Below are positions 33,771 to 43,840 of a stretch of 57,118 bases of DNA, piece after piece. The notes under the pieces were generated by a model. The model was not told the DNA's origin. It made no database searches and saw only the letters and a program-made list of their open reading frames with translations. Each line of letters begins with the position of its first letter. The first letter of the stretch is position 1. Source of the stretch: Deltaproteobacteria bacterium CG11_big_fil_rev_8_21_14_0_20_49_13 (GTDB lineage: Bacteria; UBA10199; GCA-002796325; 1-14-0-20-49-13); contig PCWZ01000049.1 in assembly GCA_002796305.1 (NCBI GenBank), forward strand, positions 1-57,118, read 5' to 3'. Position numbers and translations under genes: made by a program.

Positions 33771-34649
33771 ATGGATCTCAAAAAATATCTGTCAGAAAAG
33801 AAGACGTTGGTTGACAAGGCCATTGAAGAGTATTTTTCAAAAGAGTGCGGCGCCTCGCCAAAATTGAAAGAGGCGATGCTTTATAGCCTTCGCGCCGGCG
33901 GAAAGAGGCTACGTCCCGTACTTGTGATGGCCGCATGCGAGGCGTGCGGCGGCAAGGCCGCCGATTCAACGCCGGCGGCTCTGGCCCTTGAGATGATACA
34001 CACCTTCTCACTTGTTCACGACGACCTGCCTGCAATGGACGACGATGATCTAAGGCGCGGTCAGCCGACCAGTCACAAGAAGTTCGGCGGGGCAACGGCC
34101 ATCTTGGCGGGCGATGCGCTCCTTGCGGAGGCGTTTTCGTGCCTTTCGTCGTGCGTCGTGCGTTGTGCGTCATGCGTCCAGATCATAAATGATATCGCTA
34201 ATGCGACAGGTGCCCGGGGTATGACAGGAGGTCAGGAGCTGGACCTCGAGGCCGAAGGAAAGAAGGTCTCTTACGAAGAACTTAAGAACATCCATAAACT
34301 AAAGACCGGAGCATTGATCGAAGTTTCTATTACAAGCGGCGCTAAAGTAGCCGGCGCCAAAGACGATAAACTTTCAACTCTTAAGAAATATGGAGAGGCG
34401 ATAGGACTTGCCTTTCAGATAACCGACGACATCCTTGATGTAGAAGGGACGACGGAACAGCTGGGAAAGCCCGCAAAGAGCGATATAGAGAACGAAAAAG
34501 CTACCTATCCCGCGATATTAGGAATAGAAAAATCCAAAAAACTTGCTAAAGATCTTGTGGATAAGGCCTACTCTGCCCTCGCCGGATTTGATTCAAGGGC
34601 CGATCCTTTGCGCGATATTGCCCGCTACATACTTACCCGTAAGAGTTGA
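33771..34649 (+). CDS. ispA: Farnesyl-diphosphate synthase (polyprenyl synthetase family)
   Basis: First DDLPAMDDDDLRRG and second FQITDDILD Asp-rich motifs. xseB-ispA synteny. Confidence 0.9.
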   Translation: MDLKKYLSEKKTLVDKAIEEYFSKECGASPKLKEAMLYSLRAGGKRLRPVLVMAACEACGGKAADSTPAALALEMIHTFSLVHDDLPAMDDDDLRRGQPTSHKKFGGATAILAGDALLAEAFSCLSSCVVRCASCVQIINDIANATGARGMTGGQELDLEAEGKKVSYEELKNIHKLKTGALIEVSITSGAKVAGAKDDKLSTLKKYGEAIGLAFQITDDILDVEGTTEQLGKPAKSDIENEKATYPAILGIEKSKKLAKDLVDKAYSALAGFDSRADPLRDIARYILTRKS

Positions 34650-34897
34650 CGGGCGCCTTTTAAACGTCCTTCCATGACCTTATAACGCAGTCTTTGTAAC
34701 TGAAGGTTTCGCTCCCGCCGTAAAAGCATTCTCCCAGAGGGGGGCGCCTATTGCGTTTTTCTGAAGTTCAATGAAATGTTCGACATTTTTTTAACATTGA
34801 TGGTAAACGGGCGAGCGAAAAACCTTATACAGGCACCCATATAGTACAGTTTAATTGACTTGAACGATAATTATGTTACTAGTGCATCGTCAATAAT

Positions 34898-35941
34898 ATG
34901 CCTCAAACCTACAAAAATGCCGGCGTAGATATCGATGCCGGCGACCATTTTATCGACCTAATAGCGCCGGCCGCAAAATCGACCTACAGGAAAGAGGTTT
35001 TGGGAGGCGTTGGCCCCTTTGCCGCAAGCTTCGCCATTGACCTCAAAAAATATAAGGAGCCGGTTCTTGTAAGCTCGACCGACGGGGTCGGAACAAAGCT
35101 CAAGGTGGCGATAGATTTAGGCAGATACGACACTATAGGCCAAGACCTCGTTGCCATGTGCGTTAACGACCTTATCTGTTGCGGCGCGGAACCCCTTTTC
35201 TTCCTAGACTACTTTGCAATGGGGGTGCTCAAGCCAAAAGATCATGCTCCGGTCATCGAGGGGATCGCCCGCGCCTGCAAATATTGCAATTGCTCTTTGA
35301 TAGGCGGCGAAACTGCGGAGATGCCCGGGATGTATCACGGAAAAGACTTCGACCTCGCTGGTTTTTCAGTGGGCGTTGTAGACAAGGAGATGGCGATAGA
35401 CGGAAGCAAGGTAAAAGAAGGTGACGTTCTGATAGGCGTCGCCAGCTCCGGCGCCCACAGCAACGGTTATTCTCTGGTAAGAAAGGTAATCGCTGATTCA
35501 CGCCTTAAATGGACCGATAAGTTCGAAGGAAAGACGCTCGCCGATCTCGTTCTTGAACCGACCAAACTATATCCACCGCTCGTCCTCCGCCTCCTTTCGA
35601 ATCACGAATCACGAATCACGAATCACGGCATTAAGGCCATAGCCCACATAACCGGAGGCGGGCTTGATGGTAACGTCCCGCGCGTGGTCCCTGAAGACCT
35701 CACAGCGATCATCAAGATCGACGCGTGGAAAAGACCTCTTATCTTCAGGCTCCTTCAGGAAAAGGGAAATGTTGCCGAAGAAGAGATGCGGCGCGTTTTT
35801 AATCTAGGAATAGGGCTTGTGCTTGCGGTCGACAAAAATTCTGCCGATGAGATCCAAAAGAGCATCGAAAAGTTCGGAGAGAGGTGCTATAAACTAGGTC
35901 ATATTGAAAAAAGGAAAGATAAAGAGATAATTTTTATCTAA
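34898..35941 (+). CDS. purM: Phosphoribosylformylglycinamidine cyclo-ligase (AIR synthetase)
   Basis: YKNAGVDIDAGD, DGVGTKL, DYFA and AHITGGG. Contains an in-frame heptamer-repeat segment. Confidence 0.92.
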   Translation: MPQTYKNAGVDIDAGDHFIDLIAPAAKSTYRKEVLGGVGPFAASFAIDLKKYKEPVLVSSTDGVGTKLKVAIDLGRYDTIGQDLVAMCVNDLICCGAEPLFFLDYFAMGVLKPKDHAPVIEGIARACKYCNCSLIGGETAEMPGMYHGKDFDLAGFSVGVVDKEMAIDGSKVKEGDVLIGVASSGAHSNGYSLVRKVIADSRLKWTDKFEGKTLADLVLEPTKLYPPLVLRLLSNHESRITNHGIKAIAHITGGGLDGNVPRVVPEDLTAIIKIDAWKRPLIFRLLQEKGNVAEEEMRRVFNLGIGLVLAVDKNSADEIQKSIEKFGERCYKLGHIEKRKDKEIIFI

Positions 35942-35943
35942 CT

Positions 35944-36555
35944 ATGGCAAAATTACCGATAGCTGTCCTTGTTTCCGGTTCAGGCTCGAACCTTCAGGCG
36001 ATAATCGACGCCTCACAGAACGGTTCGCTAAACGCCGAAATCAGGGTAGTTATAAGCAATAGACCGGACGCGTTTGCGATGACACGCTGCGAAAAACATG
36101 GCATTACGTCGGTCGTTCATGAAGGGAAGGCCTACCCCACAAAAAACGTGTTCGAAAATGCGATCATCAAGACGATAAAAGATTCCGGTGCTGAGCTTAT
36201 CTGCCTCGCCGGCTTCATGAAGATTTTATCACCTGCCTTCATCAAGACCTTCGGCGGTAAGATCCTGAACATCCACCCCGCCCTTCTTCCGAGTTTCCCG
36301 GGACTTCACGGGCAAAAGCAGGCGCTTAACCACGGTGTCAAGATCGCCGGATGCACGGTTCACTTCGTGGATGATGGGGTAGACGCCGGTCCAATAATCC
36401 TTCAGGCGGCGGTGCCCGTCGAGAACAACGACACAGAAGAAACTCTTTCAGCTCGCATTCTAAAGGAAGAACACAAGCTCTACCCAAAGGCCATAGAGCT
36501 TTTTGCCGATAAAAAATTAAAGATCCAGGGCCGAAGAGTGTTGATAAGTGAGTGA
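35944..36555 (+). CDS. purN: Phosphoribosylglycinamide formyltransferase
   Basis: VLVSGSGSNLQAIID, NIHPALLPSF and GCTVHFV. Confidence 0.92.
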   Translation: MAKLPIAVLVSGSGSNLQAIIDASQNGSLNAEIRVVISNRPDAFAMTRCEKHGITSVVHEGKAYPTKNVFENAIIKTIKDSGAELICLAGFMKILSPAFIKTFGGKILNIHPALLPSFPGLHGQKQALNHGVKIAGCTVHFVDDGVDAGPIILQAAVPVENNDTEETLSARILKEEHKLYPKAIELFADKKLKIQGRRVLISE

Positions 36556-36624
36556 TTCTGTTATATACAACGCTTGAACCGCCTTTGAGCAACCTTTGAT
36601 CCACTTTTTTAGAGGAGATAAGCC

Positions 36625-37191
36625 ATGAACAAACTCTTAGCGCTTGTAACTGTCCTGATCGTTGTCACAGCTTCCGCATCCACCAGAGCCGAGAATTTTT
36701 CTGTCGGAGCGGGGCCAACAGGCAGCATCTACGTAGTCGATGCTGCCCCTGAGCTTCAACCCGGTATCGGCGGCCATGTATTCTTTGACTACAGATGGAG
36801 CCCTCAGATCTCCACACAGTTCACGTTCATGGTCACAACACAGAACGGTCAGGGTATCTCGAATGGCGTGGACGATTTCTTGTTCTTTGGCCTGCCTTCT
36901 GTTGATATCAAATATTATGTCCTTTCCAGCGAATCGCACTGGGACCCTTACATCATGGGGGGTGTCGGCTTTTACATGTTAAGCAAGGCTTCTAAGAGCG
37001 GTAACGCGCCTGCGGCCGGCTTCGGCGCCGATGCAGGCCTTGGGCTCGATTATTATTTCACCGAAAAATGGTCGGTAGGCGCCAACGCCCAGTTCAGGAG
37101 CATCGGCCTCATAACAAGCACCACCGGCAACAATAACGGCACCGCAATTTTCCCGTTCACAATGAACGGATATGCAGCCATTCATTTTTGA
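36625..37191 (+). CDS. Small outer-membrane beta-barrel protein
   Basis: Signal peptide MNKLLALVTVLIVVTASAS. Alternating strands. C-terminal ...YAAIHF. Confidence 0.7.
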   Translation: MNKLLALVTVLIVVTASASTRAENFSVGAGPTGSIYVVDAAPELQPGIGGHVFFDYRWSPQISTQFTFMVTTQNGQGISNGVDDFLFFGLPSVDIKYYVLSSESHWDPYIMGGVGFYMLSKASKSGNAPAAGFGADAGLGLDYYFTEKWSVGANAQFRSIGLITSTTGNNNGTAIFPFTMNGYAAIHF

Positions 37192-37200
37192 TAACTGTCT

Positions 37201-37232
37201 GTCATCCTTCGGGCTCACGCCCTCAGGATGAC
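37201..37232. repeat. Hairpin repeat GTCATCCTTCGGGCTCACGCCCTCAGGATGAC between convergent genes (possible bidirectional terminator)
   Basis: Read directly from the sequence. Same core as 14834-14862. Confidence 0.65.
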
Positions 37233-37390
37233 CCGACCATTGGATAGATATAGTTCCGGCACCGCGCGGGCGGCCACCGTCCGCGCTCATTGACCCTGGC
37301 CCCCCTATGGTCGATCAACAAAATGGGGATGATGAACGCCGTTCACAAAGAGATCGAACGCCTCGACACCTATCAGGGAAATTTTTTCGA

Positions 37391-37885
37391 TCACTCCTGA
37401 GGGAATATCTCAAAACCGGCGCCCATAGAACTTGCGAAGAATTTAAGGGCCCTGAAACCATCCAGTTTCACAGAGTCCTTGAAGAGAAGGTCCACTATCT
37501 TTGTTTCGCCCACCTGTATCATCATGGGATATTCGAGTTCCTGCCGGAGCTTTTCGGGAATGGCCAGATAGGTATCTGGGCTGACCGTACGAAGGTCGAT
37601 GATGGGGTCATGCTTCTTTCCCCTTATATCGACAAGCTGCCATTCATCGTAACGGCTGTCGAGTTGCATGATGTTTATGGAATTGTTGACTATGGCTACC
37701 GAAAGTATCTTGAATCCCGGGATGATATTGTCCGTCTCAGAGCTATAGTCCGCATCCAACCCCAGTCCTAAGGACGGAACGCTCGTTCCGCCGGCGACCT
37801 TCATGTAGCTCTTCTTCCTTGCCAAGGCGCTCGAAGCGGTAAATATGAACGCCAATGACACTAAAAGAATGACAGCTCTCCTCAT
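37391..37885 (-). CDS. Secreted protein of unknown function, last gene of the peptide-transporter operon
   Basis: Signal peptide MRRAVILLVSLAFIFTASSALA. ATGA overlap with the upstream ATPase gene. Confidence 0.6.
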   Translation of the reverse strand: MRRAVILLVSLAFIFTASSALARKKSYMKVAGGTSVPSLGLGLDADYSSETDNIIPGFKILSVAIVNNSINIMQLDSRYDEWQLVDIRGKKHDPIIDLRTVSPDTYLAIPEKLRQELEYPMMIQVGETKIVDLLFKDSVKLDGFRALKFFASSMGAGFEIFPQE

Positions 37886-38817
37886 AATATATTCCTCACT
37901 TTTTGCGTGAAATAGCAGGCGGCCTGCCTCTTATCTGCCTTGGATTCTAACACAGGCGCGTCTTTCATGCAAACATCTTCCTTGTAGCGGCATCTTGGGT
38001 TGAATGCACACCCTTTTGGAAGATCGATAGGCGATGGCACGTCACCCTCAAGGATTATCCTCTTCTTCTTGATCTTTGGGTCCGGAAGAGGAACAGCCGA
38101 GAGAAGCGCTTCGGTGTAAGGGTGAAGCGGTTCCTTTATGAATTTGGCGTCCATTAATTCAACTATCTTTCCAAGATACATAACGGCGACCCTTGAGCAT
38201 AATTTGGAAATTACCCGGAGGTCGTGCGAAATGAAAAGATAGGCCATTTTGTACCGTGCCTGCAGGTCCTTCAAAAGTTCCAGAATATCCGCCTGCACGG
38301 CAACATCAAGCGAAGAGACGGGCTCGTCGGCAACTATGAGCCTTGGCCTTGTGGAGATCGCGCGGGCAATGCAAATCCTCTGGCGCTGACCGCCGGAGAA
38401 TTCATGCGGATATCTTTGGGCGAATTCTTCGTTAAGGCCCGCTTCTTTTAGAAGTTCGCCGGCCTTTTTAAAACGCTCGTTCTTTTTGATCAACTTATTG
38501 ATGATGAGCGGCTCTGTTACGATATTGCCTACGCACATGCGCGGATTTAGCGATGAGTACGGGTCCTGAAAAACGATCTGACGTTCTTTTGAAGAACCGC
38601 CGAAGACTACCGTTCCCGAATCCGGTTTGTAAAGCCCGACCGCTATCCTGCCGAGCGTCGATTTCCCGCAACCGGACTCTCCCACAAGGCCCAGAGTCTC
38701 GCCCTCTTTAATGAAGAGCGAAACGTCACTAAGCGCATGGACAAAATCCCTTCCGCCGCCAAAAAAACCTCTTTTAACGGGAAACCTCTTAACTATGTTC
38801 TTAAGTTCAAGTAGCAT
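37882..38817 (-). CDS. Peptide/nickel ABC transporter ATP-binding protein (OppF/DppF-like)
   Basis: GESGCGKST, LSGGQRQR and IVADEP, plus the C-terminal oligopeptide-type extension (CAFNPRC...C). Confidence 0.88.
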   Translation of the reverse strand: MLLELKNIVKRFPVKRGFFGGGRDFVHALSDVSLFIKEGETLGLVGESGCGKSTLGRIAVGLYKPDSGTVVFGGSSKERQIVFQDPYSSLNPRMCVGNIVTEPLIINKLIKKNERFKKAGELLKEAGLNEEFAQRYPHEFSGGQRQRICIARAISTRPRLIVADEPVSSLDVAVQADILELLKDLQARYKMAYLFISHDLRVISKLCSRVAVMYLGKIVELMDAKFIKEPLHPYTEALLSAVPLPDPKIKKKRIILEGDVPSPIDLPKGCAFNPRCRYKEDVCMKDAPVLESKADKRQAACYFTQKVRNIL

Positions 38818-38819
38818 TG

Positions 38820-39605
38820 TTAAAGAACCGGCACCGTAGCCAGTAATTTCTTTGTATAGTCATCCTTGGGTCTCTCGAAAACATCCCCCACTTTTCCCGA
38901 TTCGACCACGCGGCCGTCGTGCATCACATAGACCCTGTGGGCGACCTGCGCCACTATTCCAAAATCGTGCGTAATGAATATCACCGCCATCCCCAACTTT
39001 ACCTGAAGGGAAGCTATGAGCTCCAATATCTGAGCCTGAATGGTCACGTCGAGCGCTGTCGTCGGTTCATCTGCAATAAGAATATCAGGTTTTGAGGCAA
39101 GCGCCATCGCTATCATCACGCGCTGGCGCATCCCTCCGGAAAGTTCGTTAGGATAGGCCTTCATCTTCTTCACGGGATCAGGAATGCCTACCATAGATAA
39201 AAGTTCGGCCGTCCTTCCGGGCGCCGCTCTGTTGTCAAAGGTCTTGTCGTGGGTCAATATCGCCTCCGATATCTGGTTCTCTATTGTAAAGACGGGATTA
39301 AGCGCGGTCATCGGCTCCTGAAATATCATCGAGATCTTACCACCCCTGACCTTTCTAAGCTCGCTTGCGGGAAGCTTTACAAGATCGATACCGTTGTACG
39401 ATATCTCGCCGGAAACGATCTTCCCGGGCTCGGGGACGAGTTTTAATATGGAAAGGGCAAGTATCGTCTTACCGCTCCCGCTTCCGCCGACCACCGCAAC
39501 AATTTCGCCCCTCTCCAGGGAAAGATCCACGCCATCCACCGCCTTGACAAGACCGGCCTCGGTATCGAAATAAGTGCGTAAGTTCTTTATATCAAGTAAC
39601 GTCAT
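38820..39605 (-). CDS. Peptide/nickel ABC transporter ATP-binding protein (OppD/DppD-like)
   Basis: [16 protein letters not shown] and [11 protein letters not shown]. Confidence 0.88.
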   Translation of the reverse strand: MTLLDIKNLRTYFDTEAGLVKAVDGVDLSLERGEIVAVVGGSGSGKTILALSILKLVPEPGKIVSGEISYNGIDLVKLPASELRKVRGGKISMIFQEPMTALNPVFTIENQISEAILTHDKTFDNRAAPGRTAELLSMVGIPDPVKKMKAYPNELSGGMRQRVMIAMALASKPDILIADEPTTALDVTIQAQILELIASLQVKLGMAVIFITHDFGIVAQVAHRVYVMHDGRVVESGKVGDVFERPKDDYTKKLLATVPVL

Positions 39606-40438
39606 CTCATCCTCGGATCTATCGCATCTCTAAGGCCTTCACCCAAGAGGTTATAGGCGGTTATGGTCAAAAATATCGCAAGGCCCGGCGTTATCGTAAG
39701 CCACCAGGCCACATCCATATATTCCCTTGATTCAGAAAGTATCCCGCCCCAGCTGGATACGTAAGGCGGTACTCCGAAACCTAAAAAGCTCAAAGACGAT
39801 TCCACAAGTATCGCCGCCGCAACACCGAATGATGCGCTCACGAGCACCGGTGCAAGTGAGTTTGGGAGGAGATGCCTGAAGATTATCCTGAAATCGCTTG
39901 CACCGCTCGCCTTTGCCGCCGAGACAAAATCGACCGATTTGAGCCTTAAGAACTCTCCCCTGATAAGCCTTGCAACTCCGGTCCAGCCGGTAAGACCTAT
40001 CACGATCATTATATTGTAGATGCTGGGTCCCACGAACGCCAGAATAGCAAGTATGAGGAAGAACGTGGGGAAACAGATGACGACCTCGATAAGACGCGAA
40101 AGTGCGATATCTATCCAGCCGCCGTAATACCCGGCTATCGCCCCAAGGATTATGCCTATGGTAATATAGATGGAAACCGCAACAAATCCCACGGAGAGAG
40201 AAATTCTGGCGCCGAAGACTATCCTTGAAAATACGTCGCGGCCCTGATCATCGGTACCGAAGAGATGCGCAAGGCTCGGGGCTTTGAGCACCGAATCAAG
40301 GTCGTAGGCGTTCGGATTGTACGGAGCGATCATGGGGGCAAAGATGGCGACGATAAAAAGAAGGACAATAACAGCAAGACCCGTCAGGGCCAGCTTGTTC
40401 CTCTTCAATTGATGCCAGACCATTGCCCAATATGACAT
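39602..40438 (-). CDS. Peptide ABC transporter permease (OppC/DppC-like)
   Basis: BPD_transp_1 core with an EAA-like loop (AAKASGASDFRIIFRHLLPN). Confidence 0.85.
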   Translation of the reverse strand: MSYWAMVWHQLKRNKLALTGLAVIVLLFIVAIFAPMIAPYNPNAYDLDSVLKAPSLAHLFGTDDQGRDVFSRIVFGARISLSVGFVAVSIYITIGIILGAIAGYYGGWIDIALSRLIEVVICFPTFFLILAILAFVGPSIYNIMIVIGLTGWTGVARLIRGEFLRLKSVDFVSAAKASGASDFRIIFRHLLPNSLAPVLVSASFGVAAAILVESSLSFLGFGVPPYVSSWGGILSESREYMDVAWWLTITPGLAIFLTITAYNLLGEGLRDAIDPRMR

Positions 40439-40439
40439 A

Positions 40440-41441
40440 TCATTTACCTTCGAAACTGATCCTCGGATCTACGACCACATACATGATATCCGCTATCAAT
40501 ATACTTATCAGCGTCAGTGATGCATCTATCGCCGCTATCGCCATTATGGTCGGATAGTCGCGAGCAAGCACCGACTCAAAAGAGAGCCTCCCCATTCCTG
40601 GGATAGAGAATATCTGTTCTATTATAACGCTTCCGCCCAGGAGCGCCGGAAGCAGCGTGCTCATAAGGGTCAAAAGCGGTATCATGGCATTACGAAGCGC
40701 ATGTTTCCCGATGACCGTCAGTTCAGAAAGTCCCTTCGCACGCGCTGTTCTTATATAATCCTGCCTTATCACCTCTAAAATAGACGCCCTTGAAAATCGC
40801 GAAAGAAAAGCAAGCCCGCCGTAGACAAGACACGTGACCGGCAGGACAAGGTGCCAGGCTATGTTGCCGACAAGTCCGTACCATGGAAGCGACTCTGCAC
40901 CATCTGACATAAAACCTACTATCGGGAACCAGTTGAAATAATCACCGCCCCCCAAAAAGACTATCAAAAGCGTCGCCACCCAGAAAGAGGGGAGCGAATA
41001 AAGAACGAACAAAGAAAATGTTGTAAGTTTATCCATGAGACTTTTGGGATGAAGCGCCGAGAATATACCCAAAGGTATGGATATTATGTATATGATGAAT
41101 ATCGAGATAATGTTCAGCGTAAGCGTTATCGGAAGTGTCTCGACTATCTTGTCCATCACCGGCCTGTGGTCCTTGAAGGAATCGCCAAAATCGAGCGTGA
41201 ACATCCTTTTCATCCACAGGCCGTACTGAACATGAAGCGGCTTATCCAGGCCATAGAGCTTTTTGGTCTCGGCGATGACCGTTTTTGCGAACGCCTCGGT
41301 CTTAAGTCCGGGGCCGCCCGTCTGCATCTTTAGAGATACCGGATCACCGGGCGCCAGCTGAATGATGGCGAACGTGATTATGGTGATCCCGATGAAGGTC
41401 GGGACGATCAAAAGCAGTCTTTTGGCAATATAGCTCAGCAT
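40440..41441 (-). CDS. Peptide ABC transporter permease (OppB/DppB-like)
   Basis: MLSYIAKRLLLIVPTF... N-terminus and the loop YIRTARAKGLSELTVIGKHALRNA. Confidence 0.85.
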   Translation of the reverse strand: MLSYIAKRLLLIVPTFIGITIITFAIIQLAPGDPVSLKMQTGGPGLKTEAFAKTVIAETKKLYGLDKPLHVQYGLWMKRMFTLDFGDSFKDHRPVMDKIVETLPITLTLNIISIFIIYIISIPLGIFSALHPKSLMDKLTTFSLFVLYSLPSFWVATLLIVFLGGGDYFNWFPIVGFMSDGAESLPWYGLVGNIAWHLVLPVTCLVYGGLAFLSRFSRASILEVIRQDYIRTARAKGLSELTVIGKHALRNAMIPLLTLMSTLLPALLGGSVIIEQIFSIPGMGRLSFESVLARDYPTIMAIAAIDASLTLISILIADIMYVVVDPRISFEGK

Positions 41442-41486
41442 TCTTCCAACACCCTTCTAGCCTCCTGCTTCTTGCTTCTCCACGGG

Positions 41487-43115
41487 TTACTCACTTACCA
41501 CCGTGGTATCTATTCCCCACTCCCTTATATCAACCCCAACCTTATATAATTTAACATTTGTGAAACGTTTTGAATAGGCAAGAAGTGTCGCCGGATTGAA
41601 CAGAAAAGTGTAAGGTTGCTCAATATGGAGGATCATCTGCAGCCTCTTGTAAAGTTCATCCCGCTTCTCTTTGTCGAACTCCACGCGTATCGCCTCTATC
41701 ACCTCATCGGCCTCTTTATTGGAAAACCCTACATAATTGGAGCCGTCCTCTATCTGCGACGAATGCCACAGCTGATAAGGGTCGTTCTCAAAGGGGACCG
41801 ACCACGCAAGCGTTATCGCGTCAAATGAGCGTTCGTCTATCACCTTTATCAGGGCGTTGAACTCGAGCCCCTTCATGTTCATAACGATGCCTGTCTTTGA
41901 GAGATCTTCTCTAAGCATTGTCCCGATCCTCGACGCAGAAACAGAAGAGGCCACATAACAGTAATCGAACTTGAAGGGGATGCCGTCCTTGTCGCGAATA
42001 CCATCGCCGTCGTGATCGATCCAGCCGGCCTCGTCCAAAAGCTTGGCAGCGGCCTTGGGATCAAAAGGGTCGGGTTTTATATTGTGACCATAAGAATCGC
42101 TGAAATAATATTGAGGCCCCTCAACGACAATGCCAAGGCCGAAGGATAGTTTTTCGAGGATCTTCTGCTTATCTATCATCATCGACATGGCACGCCTTAC
42201 GCGGGCATCGCTAAAAAAGGGTTTTTTGATGTTCCAGCCGATATACGAATATTGCGGGAGGTAATATTTGACCTTATTAAATCGAGCGTTAAAGGCCCTG
42301 GAGCCTGTAGAGCGCTCCCACTGAATGGCACGAAGCTCTGCCATATCTATCTCGCCTTTTTTGAGTTGCTGTAACGGGACGGTCGAATCCTCTATTATCT
42401 GAAAGACAAGGCCTTTGAGCTCCGGCGGCTTCTTCCAGTAGGACCCGTTGCTCTCCAGAACTATCTTTCGTTTGGTCTTCCATTCTTTAAAAATGTAGGG
42501 GCCCGTTCCGATCGGATTACGATTGGCGGGATGTTTGTTAAAATCGGTCCCGTCGTCAAAGATATGTTTTGGGACTATTGATATCCCGCCGCAGACAAGG
42601 AGCCCCCTGAAATATGGTTTTTTATATACGAACTTGACCGAATGGTCAGAGAGTTTTTCTACATTTTCAATGTCACCAAGCCCTGCCCTGTATACCGCGG
42701 CATCCACTTTTGGGTCCATTATCACGCTGTACGAGTAGATAATATCGTCCGCCGTGAACGGGTAGCCATCCTGCCACTTGACGTCCTTTCTTAGATTAAA
42801 CGTGTAGGTATGATGGTCCTCTGAAACCTCCCAGCTCTCCGCAAGGAGAGGCTTGTATTCAAGCGTTTCATTATCGAGGTCCAAAAGCGTTTCATAGATA
42901 TATCCTAGCACCTGATAGGCGTTGGAATCGGTCGCAAGTATGGGGTTCAAGATCCCGGGTTCGGAATTGATCTGCATGATAAGGACGCCGGGGTCCTTGG
43001 CCACCTTAAAAGTGCAGGATAAGATTAAGATCAAAGCGAACAATACTGTTCGGGCAAGGCCGCTCAAAACGGGGCGAAGTCGAGAACCGAGTTTGTTTCG
43101 CTCTAAAAGATTCAT
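41487..43115 (-). CDS. ABC transporter substrate-binding protein, family 5 (peptide/nickel)
   Basis: SBP_bac_5 pattern (LLESWEVSEDHHTYTFNLRKDVKWQDG, GTGPYIFKEW). Confidence 0.85.
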   Translation of the reverse strand: MNLLERNKLGSRLRPVLSGLARTVLFALILILSCTFKVAKDPGVLIMQINSEPGILNPILATDSNAYQVLGYIYETLLDLDNETLEYKPLLAESWEVSEDHHTYTFNLRKDVKWQDGYPFTADDIIYSYSVIMDPKVDAAVYRAGLGDIENVEKLSDHSVKFVYKKPYFRGLLVCGGISIVPKHIFDDGTDFNKHPANRNPIGTGPYIFKEWKTKRKIVLESNGSYWKKPPELKGLVFQIIEDSTVPLQQLKKGEIDMAELRAIQWERSTGSRAFNARFNKVKYYLPQYSYIGWNIKKPFFSDARVRRAMSMMIDKQKILEKLSFGLGIVVEGPQYYFSDSYGHNIKPDPFDPKAAAKLLDEAGWIDHDGDGIRDKDGIPFKFDYCYVASSVSASRIGTMLREDLSKTGIVMNMKGLEFNALIKVIDERSFDAITLAWSVPFENDPYQLWHSSQIEDGSNYVGFSNKEADEVIEAIRVEFDKEKRDELYKRLQMILHIEQPYTFLFNPATLLAYSKRFTNVKLYKVGVDIREWGIDTTVVSE

Positions 43116-43840
43116 TCCGCTTTTATCTCTTTATACTTTATCTCCATCAAAAGTTTGGGGTTTTCGAACCTTATGACCACGTGCCTTGGAAATCTTTTGT
43201 TGCCTATCTTCACAAAATCGTCGAAGTCGGCCTCGAGCATCACCCTCTTCTTATCAGGGCCGGTGAACCTTGTATAGACCAGCGGGTTCGCCGTATCGGT
43301 CTCGACCTCCATTTCATCTACCGGTCCTCTCAAAAAATATGAGCCTCCGCTTGAGTGGAACTCCTTTGAAACCTGCGCGCCGCCCTTTTCCAGATAAGGC
43401 CGACCGATAAGAAGATTAGAGAACGTCATCGGGTCCAGGCTGACATTTCCGACAAGCGGAAGAATAATGTTTCCTTCGTTAAAAGGGACCTTCTTGCCCG
43501 TAAGCGGCAACTCTAGATACCCGTCCGGCCCCTTAGCATTTATAGTGGCCACAACGTCGGAAAGTCTTTCGAGGGCGTCTATCCTTAAGCTATCGGGCGA
43601 ACGGATGGAGATGGTGACGTTACTCGCCCATTTAATATCGCCCTTTTCGGCAACGACATAGGCAAGGGCATGAAATGACCTTAGATCGGATGACATAGTT
43701 ATCGCCGTTTTAGGTTCGCGTTTGGCGCAGGCGGAGAGTAACAGAAAGCATAGAATCAGAAATAAGAGGCCGAAAGCTGAAAACCGGAAAGATTTAATCC
43801 TGCTTCCTGCCTCCTGCTTCTTTCTTCCTCTTCTCAGCAC
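43112..43840 (-). CDS. Lipoprotein of unknown function (possibly LolB/DUF4292-like fold)
   Basis: Lipobox LLLSAC. The N-terminal RKKQEAGSRIKS is encoded by the purine-rich repeat. Overlaps both neighbouring genes. Confidence 0.55.
   Translation of the reverse strand: MLRRGRKKQEAGSRIKSFRFSAFGLLFLILCFLLLSACAKREPKTAITMSSDLRSFHALAYVVAEKGDIKWASNVTISIRSPDSLRIDALERLSDVVATINAKGPDGYLELPLTGKKVPFNEGNIILPLVGNVSLDPMTFSNLLIGRPYLEKGGAQVSKEFHSSGGSYFLRGPVDEMEVETDTANPLVYTRFTGPDKKRVMLEADFDDFVKIGNKRFPRHVVIRFENPKLLMEIKYKEIKAE

Noticed and set aside
34650-34897. Purine or ZTP riboswitch upstream of purM
   Set aside because: No conserved ZTP (GGGUCGUGAC...CCGCCUGGGCA-like) or purine-riboswitch junction motifs are visible. 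Only a weak promoter-like TTGACT is present.
37307-37771. 154-aa plus-strand ORF
   Set aside because: It is antisense to the 164-aa minus-strand gene. That gene has a clean signal peptide and an ATGA overlap with the upstream ABC ATPase gene. The plus-strand ORF has neither an RBS nor a recognisable domain.
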